Shown: in pieces, positions 50,553-62,852 of the stretch
Position numbering within the stretch: the first letter of the stretch is position 1
How the letters are laid out: each line of letters opens with the position of its first letter
Source: Anolis carolinensis
Lineage: Eukaryota
Direction: 5' to 3'
Assembly: GCF_035594765.1 (NCBI RefSeq)
Contig: NC_085846.1
Coordinates: 84,865,190-84,929,189, forward strand
Length of the DNA: 64,000 nucleotides
Notes under the pieces: generated by a model
Told to the model about the DNA's origin: nothing
Database searches by the model: none
What the model saw: the letters and a program-made list of their open reading frames with translations, nothing else
Position numbers and translations under genes: made by a program

Positions 50553-51004
50553 CAGTAGAGTCTCACTTATCCAACACTCGCTTATCTAGCGTTCTGGATT
50601 ATCCAATGCATTTTTGTAGTCAATACTTTCAATAAAAGGTAAAGGTTAAGTCCAGTCATGTCTGACTCTGGGGTGTGGTGCTCATCTCCATTTCTAAGCC
50701 GAAGAGCCGGTGTTGTCCGTAGACACCTCCAAGGTCATGTGGCTGGCATGACTGCATGGAGCGCCGTTACCTTCCCGCCGGAGCGGTACCTATTGATCTA
50801 CTCACATTGGCATGTTTTCGAACTGCTAGGTTGGCAGGAGCTGGAGCTAACAGCGGCCGCTCATGCCGCTCCCAGGGTTTGAACCTGCGACCTTTCGGTC
50901 TCCAGCTCAGTGCTTTAACAGACTTATCCCTCCTTATTATCCAACATACTTGCTTATCCAACATTCTGCCGGCCTGTTTATGTTGGATAAGTGAGACTCT
51001 ACTG
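50553..51004. mobile_element. Tc1/mariner MITE (323-bp family), centre replaced by a SINE
   Basis: Both TIRs and TA TSD present. Confidence 0.92.
50634..50920 (-). mobile_element. Sauria SINE, slightly 5'-truncated
   Basis: AAAGGTAAAGGT tail; body similar to 12719 copy. Confidence 0.92.
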
Positions 51005-53121
51005 TAGTTAGTTTTGTTTGTTGTTTAGTAACTTCAGCCAAAGCTGCATTCCAAAGTTGATGGCACCATTTTAGGGGTTTTACATGTGAAGTGGGAAATG
51101 GGAGTATACTTCCTGGAGACATACAGGAAGTTACACACACCTTTAGAATCTGGGATATAAAAGGGGAGATTTTCTTTTGTTCTCTCTCTTGATCCTGCCA
51201 TGCTGCCTGCTGTTACCTTTTGCTAAGAGATATGTAGTATCCTGATGGAGATAGGCCCTGCATGATCCTGGCCTACAATATTTTGTATCCTGAACTATAT
51301 TCTTTGGAACTAAGATGTTTTACCTGTATGACCATCATCATACAAGATTGTGAGTAAACATACTTTTACTATTTTACTTTTGATGTCTCTGATGTTTATT
51401 TTATGTGCATGACTCTTTAAAGAGAAAGGGAGGCTGGTTATTTTGTTTTTCTTACCTCTGCTCACATAAACCCCTAGCCTTCTGTATTTTTGGTACTCTG
51501 CACCAATATCTAACCATATTGGTATCATAATTCTAACAGGTTATGATCACATTTTCGAATAAAATATGTGTTTATAGGGAGGTTAGTCATGGTTTCATCT
51601 TATTTCCCTGCTCTCTATCCACCACACTACTTTTATCTGGATTAAAAAGGAGTATGTGGGGAAGGGAATATTTAAGAAGCCTCTCTTCCCGATATCAGAC
51701 TCTCAGCTTCATCTCCTCGGCTGCATCTTTCACAAAACCAAAACGTTTGTAAGAAGCATCAGGAATGACACTTGGCATGCAGGTCCACTTTAAATGCCTT
51801 TATTTGCTAGTATTTTTAATACAAGGAAACATGGATGCAAGTGAATAAACATATGAGAAGTAATACTCCATTTTAGTGGTCAGAGGAATGAATAGTCCAG
51901 AGCCAGAATTTTGCCCATGGAAGCTTTTGGGGCAATGCTCAAGGAGAAAGATCTGGCCATTGCAACTTTGAATTGGGGTTCAGTAGCATCCATGCTGACT
52001 GGGCTGAGGAAAGGTTAAGCTTGAAAGGTTAAAAAAGTAGAAAATGGGTGGAAGGGCTAGTGCACAGTCACCAACCAACCAACCAACCATTCCTATTGCT
52101 TCCTGATTAAAAGGAGACATTAAATGTGGTTGCCCAGCAATCACAAGTGACTTCCTCAGTACTTTTCTTTGGTCTCTTTTGAGTTAAGTCTTTATTACCC
52201 TAAGCAAATGTGATTGGAAAGTGATGTGACTCCTGTTATAACTGTGGAAATGACATGACCCAAGCAGGTGTGTTTAGTAATTTTTTATATACATTCCATA
52301 GCCAGTTTGTTTGAAACTTTAGAGCAAAAACAGGTAATAATAACATCCAATCCTAAAGTGTGCTCACCCATCCTAAATTATCGGATTACATATCAATACC
52401 ATACAGCATGAAGTATGGATAAATGTTTGGAGCTAATTACAGTATTAACATTTTTTTTTTTTAAAAAAAGACATTTTATAGAAACCAGTAAGTGACACTA
52501 TTGCAAAACTGTGTATCAAAAAGAGGTTTTTTTCTCACCTGGATGGAGAAAGAGCATCATTCTTGTTCACTTGCAGAGTTTCTCCTCAGGCCATTTTAAT
52601 GGGCCTAAATGGCATAAAATTGGTTTGCTAAGGGCCTACCTACACAGCACTTAAAACATGGAGTTTCACAAGATAAAAAGGGGATGGCTACATTATGTTA
52701 CCACTAAATGTGTGCTGATTCACTGCATTGGCCGAAAAACAAGGAATAAAAAGGTCCCCTTATATCCCGATTCTGGCTGGAAAATGCACATATTCACACC
52801 ACTGTGTAACTTAAGGAAAACTTAATGATTTCCTTCCCTCCTGCCTATGGAAGCTGCTCCAGTACATGTCTGCTTTAAAAAAAAACCAAAACAGCTGATC
52901 AGCCGATTTGGCTGTGAAACACACAGCTGATGAAAAGGAAGCATGAATGGAGAGCAATTAGAACTCTCTGAAACTCTTTATTTTAAACTGTATAATATTA
53001 AACAGAACTTGAAAAACCAATTAGTTGAAAGGAGAAATCCAACAGAAGTTAAAAAAAATCACTCCATTATGTGCTGAATCTCATATGAACACGTGAATCT
53101 GTTTATATTTATATTAAGATA

Positions 53122-53450
53122 CAGTAGAGTCTCACTTATCCAACATTCTGGATTATCCAACGCAGTCTACCTTTTAGTAGTCAATGTTTTATAGTCAATG
53201 TTTTCAATACATTGTGATGTTTTGGTACTAAATTCATAAATACAGTAATTACTACATAGCTTTACTGTGTATTGAACTATTTTTTCTGTCAAATTTGTTG
53301 TTAAACATGATGTTTTGGTGCTTAATTTATAAAATCATAACCTAATTTGATGTTTAATAGGCTTTTTCTTAGTCCCTCCTTATTATCCAACATATTTGCT
53401 TATCCAATGTTCTGCTGGCTAGTTTATGTTGGATAAGTGAGACTCTATTA
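53122..53450. mobile_element. Tc1/mariner MITE (323-bp family variant)
   Basis: TIRs (right one with 2 changes), TA TSD. Confidence 0.92.
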
Positions 53451-53604
53451 TACTCACATTTGCACATATACGGTCCAGTGCATAATGGAGTGATTTAAAA
53501 AAATCAAAAACCTTCCACTGGATTCCCCCCATTTGCCCTCCATCTTGTTCCGATACAGAGGAATCCTGTGAGGATGGTAGGGGAACAAATCATAGGATCC
53601 ACAG

Positions 53605-53907
53605 GTGTTAAAGCACTGAGCTGCTGAACTTGCGGACCAAAATGTCCCAGGTTCAAATCCTGGGAGTGGAATGAGTGCCCACTGTTAGCCCCAGCTCCTG
53701 CCAACCTAGCAGTTCGAAAACATGCAAATGTGAGTAGATCAATAGGTACAGCTCCGGTGGGAAGGTAACGGTGCTCCATGGAGTCATGCCGGCCACATGA
53801 CCCTGGAGGTGTCTACGGACAACGCCGGCTCTTTGGCTTAGAAATGGAGATGAGCACCAACCCCCAGAGTCGGACACGACTGGACTTAACGTCAGGGGAA
53901 ACCTTTA
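53605..53907 (+). mobile_element. Sauria SINE, 5'-truncated
   Basis: B box GGTTCAAATCC, CpG-rich body, ACCTTTA tail. Confidence 0.92.
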
Positions 53908-55699
53908 AAACCTGTGTTTTTGTGTTGTGTGGAAGCACTCTAAGTTTTCTGCCTTCAAAAGTTTTCCTTCTGTGAAGAACTAACAATCTAAACAGAAATC
54001 AGAGATGAGAGAGATGGAGGTGAGAGGAATAATACTCATATATATACAGTTTGGTTACATACTTAGGACTTTATCACACAAATCTACTATTATATTACAA
54101 TCACACAATCACTGATAGTGGATATATGCCGGATTATGTATCTTTGATATTGCATCTCTCTTAAATCACACAGTTGCACTGATTTGACAATTCATGGTCC
54201 TGCTATCAAACTAATCAGTTATAACAAGGAATCATCCTCACAGCTTCAGCAAAGGCAACTCCATTCTGAACAAATTTTCCAAGAAAACCCTATAATAGAT
54301 TCTACTTTGACTTGCTGTAAGTCAGAAATTATTCCATTGGATGCAATCTTTTTTAATTACTATAGAATATAAATTAGTTTTTCACAGGATAATTTATATA
54401 ATAGAACATCTTTTCTTGTAAGTTGAAAATGTAGGGGATTTTTGTGGGGGAATATTTATGAATTCACTAATTTAATGAGAGTGAAAATTTCCCCCTTTTT
54501 AAAATTAAAAAAAACTTTCAAAAAGTTTAAAATACACAGATCCCGAAACTTGTGGGCTTTGGAGTTTGTAAAAGATTGTCATTTAGTTTTGCACACAATT
54601 ATTTTTATATGTGGCTATGCACTTAATTTTTGATGAGTTACTAAGCTTTGCTCTTGACAAACAGTCAAATTATGTAGTTAGAACAGTTATTAGATTTACA
54701 TTGCATTGTCTAATTTGCTTTGCCCCATGAAATTAAATGAATTATTAAACACATAATCTGTTATTCCCTATTAAAATTAATTGATTTTCATGTCATCTTA
54801 AAACTAATGAATTGTCTAGGGATATTTTCATAAACTGCATCATGTAACCGGAAGACTATTTTATTTCCCATCCTTTCTGCTAATGATCTTGTACAGAACA
54901 ATGCTTTGTGAGCTTTCACAGGAGAGCAAAAACATAATTACTCTTGCACAAGGTTCCTCCTACCCCCCACCAACTGATTGCCGCAATAGTAACTGAAACC
55001 ATGGACATATTTAATACAGTAAAGGGATGGGTAAAATATTGGCCTAATTACACAAAACAGAAAAATCAGGAAAGATAGGTTCCATATATAACTAGAGTGA
55101 GAATTGGTACTTGCATGTATGTGTTTTCTCCTGAAAATTATGTGAAATAAAAGAAATTTAAAATATTAATGACAGGTGACTTGAATGCACACATACTGAG
55201 AGAGTACATATATCCATATATTCTCTTTCAGAGCCTCACTTGCACAACAAGAGGAATATACAGAATACAGAGAAAATACTCTTATGGGGTTATATATCTT
55301 TATTTCAACAGAATATTCTTATTCTCAAAAAAAGGTGGGTATTGATTTACTGCCTTCATTGAAATGAAGGAGTAAGTCCTTAGCACATAGAGAGGCCCAC
55401 ATATATGGGCTAACTTCATTCATCTGTGATTTGGAACAGGTAAAGCTGAATTTCTATGTAACTACATGGAGTTATCCGCATTGAACAATGTAGGACTTAG
55501 TTGGAAAAAATCATTTCCTATCTAAGAATTCCGCATATCATGTTAAGTGGATTTGGTCTGGGTTATTCGGACAGCTGTATATAAAGGGACTTGATCATCC
55601 ATGGATTGTGTTTATGTGTGTATGTCTTGGAACCAAAGCCTAGCAGCTATTAAAGGTCTACTGTATGTGGAAAGCAAGAAATATCTTCCTCTTGACCTC

Positions 55700-57165
55700 C
55701 AACTTCTTTGAACACTTGTCAGATACATGGGACATGTTAGTAGGACATCTGGAGGCCAGGCAACTTTTCTTTCCATCATGCTCAAGAAGCACTGCTCCAG
55801 ATAAATAATTCAGAAACATCAGACACAATAAAGGACTTTATAGAGATCAAGGAAGGAATTTGCAAGCGCTGTAGTATTTTGTACACATCATCAGAAACCT
55901 CAGGGTGTAGGTGGCTTTTCAAAACATTAAACTTGTAGATAGCATATAGTAGAAGGAAGAAGGAAAAATGTAACAACATAGAAGACAAGGAGGAATGTTC
56001 AAAATCATTCTGACAGAAGGCAAATCTGGGCTGAACTGAACTAAACAAAATTCACACGACAAATGCAAAGTTCGGCATTTAGATGGCGAACCCAAAGTGA
56101 TATGAAATATATGGATATGGAATGAGGAAGAACTAGGATTGTATGTACGAAAGTGATAAAACGATTTCAGGCAGTGACAAACAACATGTGATGTAGATAC
56201 AAACATGGTACAAATAATGTTAGACAGCATTAATAAAACCACTTTCTTCTGCAGGAGTTAGGCCTCAGCGTATTGTGTATATTTCCAGCAGTGTGCTTAA
56301 GAAAGGATGTCAGCAGATTGACACAAAGTCAGAGGAAGGCAATGAAAAGGGCAAAACAAGTCCCATGGTGGAAAGTTGAAGCAAGTGGAAATGATTACCT
56401 TGAAAAAAAGGAGTTCAGTAAAGGACATGATGGCATTCTGAAATACTTGAAAGGCACAAAAGACAATGGCAAGACTATAGACCTCATCTGATAAGCAGGG
56501 GGAAAGCGGAGGAATCCGTCTTTCTCCGTCTTCTGGCCAGCCACCTCACATCATTTCTGTTCTCATTGCTTCCTCCTCATTTCCTGCAGCATCCAACTCC
56601 TGAAAACAGAGTTTTCAGGTGCTGGTAACACAAATTCCCATGGGCAGCCACCAGACAATGGCAGTGTGTCATTGGATGGCTTCCATGGGATTCCGTTTTG
56701 CCAGTGCTTGAAAATGGAGAGAAGACGCAGAAAAGATTGTCTCTAATGAGATTCTCGGTCTCTGCTGTCCCAGAAATTAGTGCTACATCTAATGGTGCTT
56801 AAGGAAAGCCGTTTTCAATAAAACATTGGGGAAAACCTTCTCAGAGTATGAACAAACAATTCAGACATAATCTGATCAACTTGATAGACTATCCATAGCT
56901 GGAGGTCTTCAAAATTAGGGTTGAAAGTCATCCCTCGGGGGTTCATTCTTAATTTTGCTTTCAATATTGCAATAGACTAGGGCCCTTCCACACAACCATG
57001 TAACCCAGAATATCAAGGCAGAAAATCCCACAATATCTGCTTTGAACTAGGTTATCTGAGTCCACACTGCCATATATTCCAGTTCAAAGCAGAAAAGGTA
57101 GGATTTTATTCAGCTGTGTGGAAGGCTCCTTAAAAGCCTCATCCAACACAATGATTCTAAAGATG
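55700..57165 (+). mobile_element. Old, degraded CR1 LINE with nested insertions
   Basis: KCKV.HL motif (AAATGCAAAGTTCGGCATTTAG), RKDVSRLTQSQRKAMK, LKYLKG; terminus CCAACACAATGATTCTA. Confidence 0.7.
56980..57129. mobile_element. PIF/Harbinger MITE nested in CR1 3' end
   Basis: GGGCCCTTCCACACA / TGTGTGGAAGGCTCC. Confidence 0.8.
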
Positions 57166-57319
57166 TATATGATTTTTTTCATATTCAGAACATTCTGCAG
57201 GCCTCCTTTTCATTTATTTATCACATGAATAAACATCTTCTGAATTTTAGATATTACAGTTTTGTAGCTAAAGATGCAACATAGCCAATAGGGACACCTC
57301 ATCAAGTATGGAAACCCAC

Positions 57320-57460
57320 GGGGTGACCTTGGGCAAGTCACATTCTCTCACCTATGATGAAAGCAAAGGCAACCCCTGCTGAATCGGTCTTGCCAAGTAA
57401 TTCCATTATAGGTTTGCTTTATGATCACCATAGGTTGGAAACAACTTGAAGGCACACAAC
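57320..57460 (+). mobile_element. tRNA-SINE 3' part (5230 family)
   Basis: GGGTGACCTTGGGCAAGTCACA ... CTTGAAGGCACACAAC. Confidence 0.7.
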
Positions 57461-57529
57461 TGCAAAGATTGGACATTTTAAAAGATGTCTCTGTATTATA
57501 GCACCAGAGCATATATTAATGCAGGAAGT

Positions 57530-57753
57530 GGACACTGGGAGATAAGGGTTTGAAATCCTATTCATCCATGAAAAGCCACTGGTTCACTTTGAGCAAGTCA
57601 GGCTCTTTCTGTCTCAGAAGAAGGCAAATTTTTATCATGTCAGAAGCGACTGTCGCTTCTGGTGTGAGAGAACTGGTAAACTCCCTTTGAACAAATCATG
57701 ATAGAGTTGCCTTGGGACCCCCATTAGTTGGAAATGACTTGAAGACATCCAAC
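57530..57753 (+). mobile_element. tRNA-SINE (5230 family) with a ~47-bp insert
   Basis: GGGAGATAAGGGTTTGAAATCC, GAGCAAGTCA, GAAATGACTTGAAG. Confidence 0.6.
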
Positions 57754-57902
57754 ATCTAGGTCATGTTTGACCGTCTCAGGTTTGGTGTTTGTATTAACAA
57801 ATGTATCGAGATGTTAGCTGATCTCAGATTAACAAATATTAGCTAAATAATTATTAAAATACCTATTGTTTGGTACGTGGGAAATTTAATGTCTTCAAAA
57901 TA

Positions 57903-58225
57903 CAGTAGAGTCTCACTTAGCTAAGCTAAATGGGCCGGCAGAACCTTGGATAAGCGAATACCTTGGATAATAAGGAGGGATTAAGTAAAAGCCTATTAAA
58001 CATTAAATTAGGTTATGATTTTACAAATTAAGCACCAAAATATCATGGTATACAACAAATTTGACAGAAAAAGTAGTTCAATACGCAGTAATATTATGTT
58101 GTAATTACTGTATTTATGAATTTAGCACCAAAATATTATGATATATTGAAAACATTGACTACAAAAATGGCTTGGATAATCCAGAACCTTGGATAAGCGA
58201 GTCTTGGATAAGTGAGACTCTATTG
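57903..58225. mobile_element. 323-bp Tc1/mariner MITE, opposite orientation
   Basis: TIRs, TA TSD; interior is the reverse complement of 15478 copy. Confidence 0.93.
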
Positions 58226-60386
58226 TAGATCCTTTATGACAGCCACTGTCCTCTTTCATGAAACACTATGTAAACACACTGTTGATTACCTGTTATTGTA
58301 GCTCTACATTTGACTAATAGTTTGTAACATAGATCTTTAGCACCAAAGCTTCTGAAGTTGCTTCTAATTGTAGAATTTAATTTGAAGTATCTACATAGCA
58401 GTAAGTCAGAGTGATTCTGTCAATTGAGGAGTGGGCTGGGATTCTAAAAGACCAGAGTTCAACTTCCTTCTCAGTAAGAAAACACACTAGATGACTTTAG
58501 GCAACTCACACTCTCAGATCAAGAGGATGAAAATGGCAACTCTCCTGTAAATAAATCTTGGCAAGAAAAGGTGCTGTAAGTCAACATAAGTTAGTGTCAT
58601 CTTGAAAGCATATGATGACAAACTCAAAAGCAAGTTTTATTGTTTTCAATTGCCCTTCCTCCTTTGTAAGTAGATATAAGCATTGTAGACTAATTTCACT
58701 TTTCAACTAAGAAAAATTGCTAATCTGTAGCAATACTAGAATTCACATTAGTTAAATAATAATTCTGTTCTTATTTTTCTTGCTGATTCTCCCTTTTACA
58801 TTCAAATATGGCTAGTATCGTAAACAAACAAAATATGGAATTCACAATTCACTCATTGCTGTATATTCTGTAACTTTAACATTTGACTTCTAATAGATTA
58901 CCGGTATTTCTCTCTCAGTCAAAGAAAGTCAAACTAGATCTATGATTGCCACAGTGACAAGCTTTGTCTCCAAACTTCTACGCATGAACAGTTGAAAAGA
59001 AAATATGTATTTTATTACGTATGTGAGCAAAGGAAAGTCTACAAATATATAAAAATAACAGTTATCATGAAATATTAAAGTACTTCAAGCTTTCATGACC
59101 CATAATCTGAATTGACAATACCTCTTTTGCTGTTCTCTGAACCATGAAAACAGCAGAAGCACAATCTAAGCAAAGTTAAGTATTTTAAGTCTCAATCATT
59201 TTTTTAAAAAACATCTACAGTGTGTGGTGCTGCTGAATTATTTGATATTTTTACTAAATAAATTAGTACCTATCTGTAAAATTCAAACTTTTGTCATCTT
59301 TACAGGGGGAAATCTGTCAACACAATCGAAATATATTTGGCAGACAAAAGGGTTGATTCAGATGACTTCCTTCCGATGCTTCATACCTATTATATCCATC
59401 AAAACTCTGATGGAGACCACTCTCAGAGCGTGATGGCACATACTACATTATTGCCAAGCAATTTAAGATCCTTTTAAAAAGGAAGTGTGCATGTTGCCAA
59501 TCCAGATGGGATTGCATATGCTTATGAGTCCCTCTTCCTCAAAATAATATTTTAAAATCCTTCCTCCTTCAGGGAAATAGCTATGAAAAGGGAGCAAAAT
59601 GAGAACATTGCCCCCAAAATAAGTATTTTGTCCTTCCAAATGAAACTTTACTTTACTTTGCAAAATTCCTAGCATGGCAGACAGTGGGGCATCATAAATC
59701 ATTCATAATTAGAACTTTTATTTTTGTAAAGTTCACATTTCCTTGGTAACCCATTTTTTGGACACTTAAATTGTATTTTTTTCATGCTCAGCTGAATTCT
59801 TCTTAATCTATTGTAATGATTGAAAATTGAATTATTAATCTTAAAATGAATTCTTTATCTACTGCAATGATAGAAAATTGGAAGAAAAAGTTCATTGGGG
59901 CAGAATTCACCTCTGGACCTCCTTCTGTAGGAAATTAAAATTGTGGAAGGGGACACCAATGGCACATGCTGATCCTGATGACAGCATGGCAAATTACTTT
60001 GATAAAAGTTATCTGATCATATTAGTCACTGTGACTGGAATACTGTATTTCTTCAATTCTAAGATGCACTCTCTCCCATATAAACTTCTCTAAAAACAGG
60101 ATATGTCTTAGAATCATGGGTCCTCTCTCTCTATAGATATATATTTCTGTTGGTGGCACTGAAATTGTTGTGTGTCCTACATTCTATGGTGTCTTAGAAA
60201 TATGGTGTTTGAAATAGAATCTATTGCCATTACTTATTGTACGGTTCAGGAAGTAGTGTGTTGTAACTTTTTTGTCTCGTTTTGCTGCTTGTTACACCTT
60301 TAGGATTGATAAGAGAATGGTATAAAATCTGAACTCTTTATAAGATGTTTAACATGTCTGAAAGTGCTACTTAGAAGTACCTTTAA

Positions 60387-60600
60387 GGACCTCATCACAT
60401 TGAAGATGGGATTTGCCACGCATTGAGGTGAATCTGGCAAGGCCCAGCATTGGGCATGGAGAACCCATTGCCCCATGCCCCATATTGCCCAATTTCCTCT
60501 TCACCTCATCCCATGGGGGGAAATAACACCATCCAGCTTCCCTCCATTGTTTCCTATGCAACATGGGGAGCACCCCATGTTGCCGCTGTGTGATGGGACC
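60387..60600. mobile_element. Harbinger-like MITE
   Basis: GGACCTCATCACA / TGTGATGGGACC after TAA; similar end at ~56480. Confidence 0.45.
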
Positions 60601-60857
60601 CAGCGGGCTCCTGTCTCAAGTGAAGTCGAAGTGTTGTAGGACTAGCAATTTTGCCAGTCTGATGAGGTTGTATGTAATGCAAACATGACTTTGCCATTGT
60701 TGAGCTGTATTTGAAATGTAACTTTGATATGCCTCTAGTTGCCAGGCAAAGTAGCTCATCATTTCTAAGATCTGGTCCTAATCCATATGAAGAGGTCATG
60801 TACCATCTAAGACCAAAAAGACAAAAATGAATCTTAAACTTTACAACACACAGTTTA

Positions 60858-62016
60858 CAGGCAGCTCTTAAGTTACGAACAAGATAAGTTCTGTAGGTTT
60901 GTTCTTAAGTTGAATATGTATGTAAGCTGAAACAGGTACATTTTTAAGTGTAACTCCAGCCAAATATATATATCTTTCGGTTTTGGATAACATAAGGAAG
61001 GTTTAACACCCCTGTGGTTTGTTCTGCTGTCTGTGCCCCTGTTCAGAAGATTTCATCTCACTTTCTGTCTCTGTGATAACTGAAAAAAATTGGCTTGTTA
61101 TGGAAACAAGGATTGGTGAGAAAGCTTCAGTGGAGACACCTTTCCCCCATGATAACTCTTTTAGGAGAGAATTTCCCTTCCTAGGGGTAGATTTATCTCA
61201 CTTCCTGTTGTCTCTGTTGTAACTCAGCAAGCGGCTGAGGATTTTTCTGATATTTCAGAGGACAAGGGGTTTGATGGGTTTCAACGTGAAGAGTCTGTCA
61301 GTGTTAGGAGAGAATTGCAGGCAGATGAGGCCGATGTTTTGGATTCCTATGCTTGTTCCCAGGAAACCGGGGAAAGTGAAAGTCCCCATTCTCTTGAGAA
61401 ACAGCCTTTGACAGATGGGGAGCTTTCCCGAGAAGCCAGATTAGTCTTGAGAATGGAGGGAGTGAAAATAGACTAATTAGACATTCAGAGACAATAAGTT
61501 ATAAGACCCTGAAGTCCCAGTGCATTTGGCATGATCTCATGGCTACTTGGATGTGTTTAAATTAAGTGGTGTTGGCTTCACGCCTCTCAGAGTAGACAAT
61601 GATGCCATATGGGATGGCTCTCCTGTCTCTGCTCTCAAGTTCATGAATCAAGCATTCTCAAGTTTCCTGTTCTGATCCATGCCTTTGTATCTTTGGTTTA
61701 TCTTGGAAAGGTTATTGCTTTCTTGTTTATGGATTTATGTTTGAAGTACTGCTGTGGATTTTGTTTCTCTTGATTTTATGTACTTTGCCATTTTTGGATT
61801 ACTGCTATTTTGTATTTTCTATTCTGCTGATCCTTTTGGATATATCATTTTCTCCTTTTTACCTGCTTTCCTCAATAAACATTTTAGATAGAACTACTGG
61901 ACTCTGTTGTGGTGCTGGGTGAAAACGTGTTTCAGTACTAGAGTGCAACAGTCTCACTCCCTTTCTTAACTATGAATCATATGTAAGTTGGATGTTTGTA
62001 ACTCAGAGACTTCCTG
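60858..62016. mobile_element. Tigger-like MITE split by a solo LTR
   Basis: TA-CAGGCAGCTCTTAAGTTACGAAC ... GTTTGTAACTCAGAGACTTCCTG-TA. Confidence 0.8.
61215..61950 (+). mobile_element. Solo LTR (Gypsy/BEL-like)
   Basis: TGTTG...CAACA; perfect 5-bp TSD GTCTC (61210-61214, 61951-61955); AATAAA at ~61874; same layout as 40237. Confidence 0.9.
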
Positions 62017-62567
62017 TATATAGAATGTAGTCTAGTTAAGGCAGTTCAGTTTACAGATAAATATTCCTTTAAAAACCTATTAGGTGGAGAGATGTAGACC
62101 ACGAATATGGTCTACAGAGTATGTGTGGTGGTGGTAGAGCTAACACTTGACACTTGCACACTCTTATCTTTCATGGTGGTGAAAAGACCTACTGAAGCCC
62201 AACCTGAGTAGGTTTGTAGCCTTAACTTGACAATTCTTTTAACAAAATACTTTCACTAATTTTAAAACTGATCCATCTAGCCAGCTTTAGTTTTTTAAAT
62301 CAGCCCATGCAGCTCATATTTTGACTGGACAAAAGCCAGAAAATATTTTCATTAATTTAACTCCAACCTAGATTTTTAACAAAAGCTTTTTTCTTTAGTG
62401 AGTAAAATAGCAAATTAAGACAGTCCTTCAGCACATAAAGGTGCAATTACTTGGTCCCAACGTGAATTTTAATGCCTCACCATCACAGGCTATCCCTCAT
62501 GAGTGACTATGATTGTCTTCCAGGGTAGAGTCATAGCAGTGGGTCCATAATACCTATGCGCTGTATG

Positions 62568-62852
62568 CAGATCCGGCCCTAGGTATTTTTCAAGTGTAGG
62601 TGAACAGAATTTTGGCACCCCCCCAAACCAATCACTGAAAAATAAAAGTGTTGGATAAGTGAAAATGTTGGATAATAAGGAGAAATTAAGGAAAAGCCTA
62701 TTAAATATCAAATTACATTAAGATTTTACAAATTAAGCACCAAAACATCATGTTTTACAACAAATCAACAGAAAAAGCAGTCTCGACTGCGCCCCCATAT
62801 GTTTTGCGCCCGAAGCGACCGCTTAATTCGCCTCATTGTTGGACCGGCTCTG
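62568..62852. mobile_element. Non-autonomous hAT-like element containing a mariner-MITE fragment
   Basis: TIR CAGATCCGGCCC / GGACCGGCTCTG; flanking direct repeat (G)CTGTATG; 62650-62780 matches the interior of the 323-bp MITE. Confidence 0.8.

Larger units (their letters stand above)
50499..51538 (+). mobile_element. ERV-like 3' LTR with upstream polypurine tract, interrupted by a MITE
   Basis: PPT AAAAGGGGAAA-TA directly before TGTTGGGTTA; ends TAATTCTAACA; TATA-like GATATAAAAGGGG ~51155; AGTAAA ~51353. Confidence 0.6.

Noticed and set aside
50658-51007. Recurrent similar ORFs (MSDSG..WCSSPF, RYLP.GAVPIDLLT) at several loci
   Set aside because: Antisense translations of Sauria SINE copies, not a gene family
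52540-52605. Minus-strand exon-like segment (TTTAG acceptor, CAG|GTGAG donor)
   Set aside because: Stops in all three frames and no other support; at best non-coding
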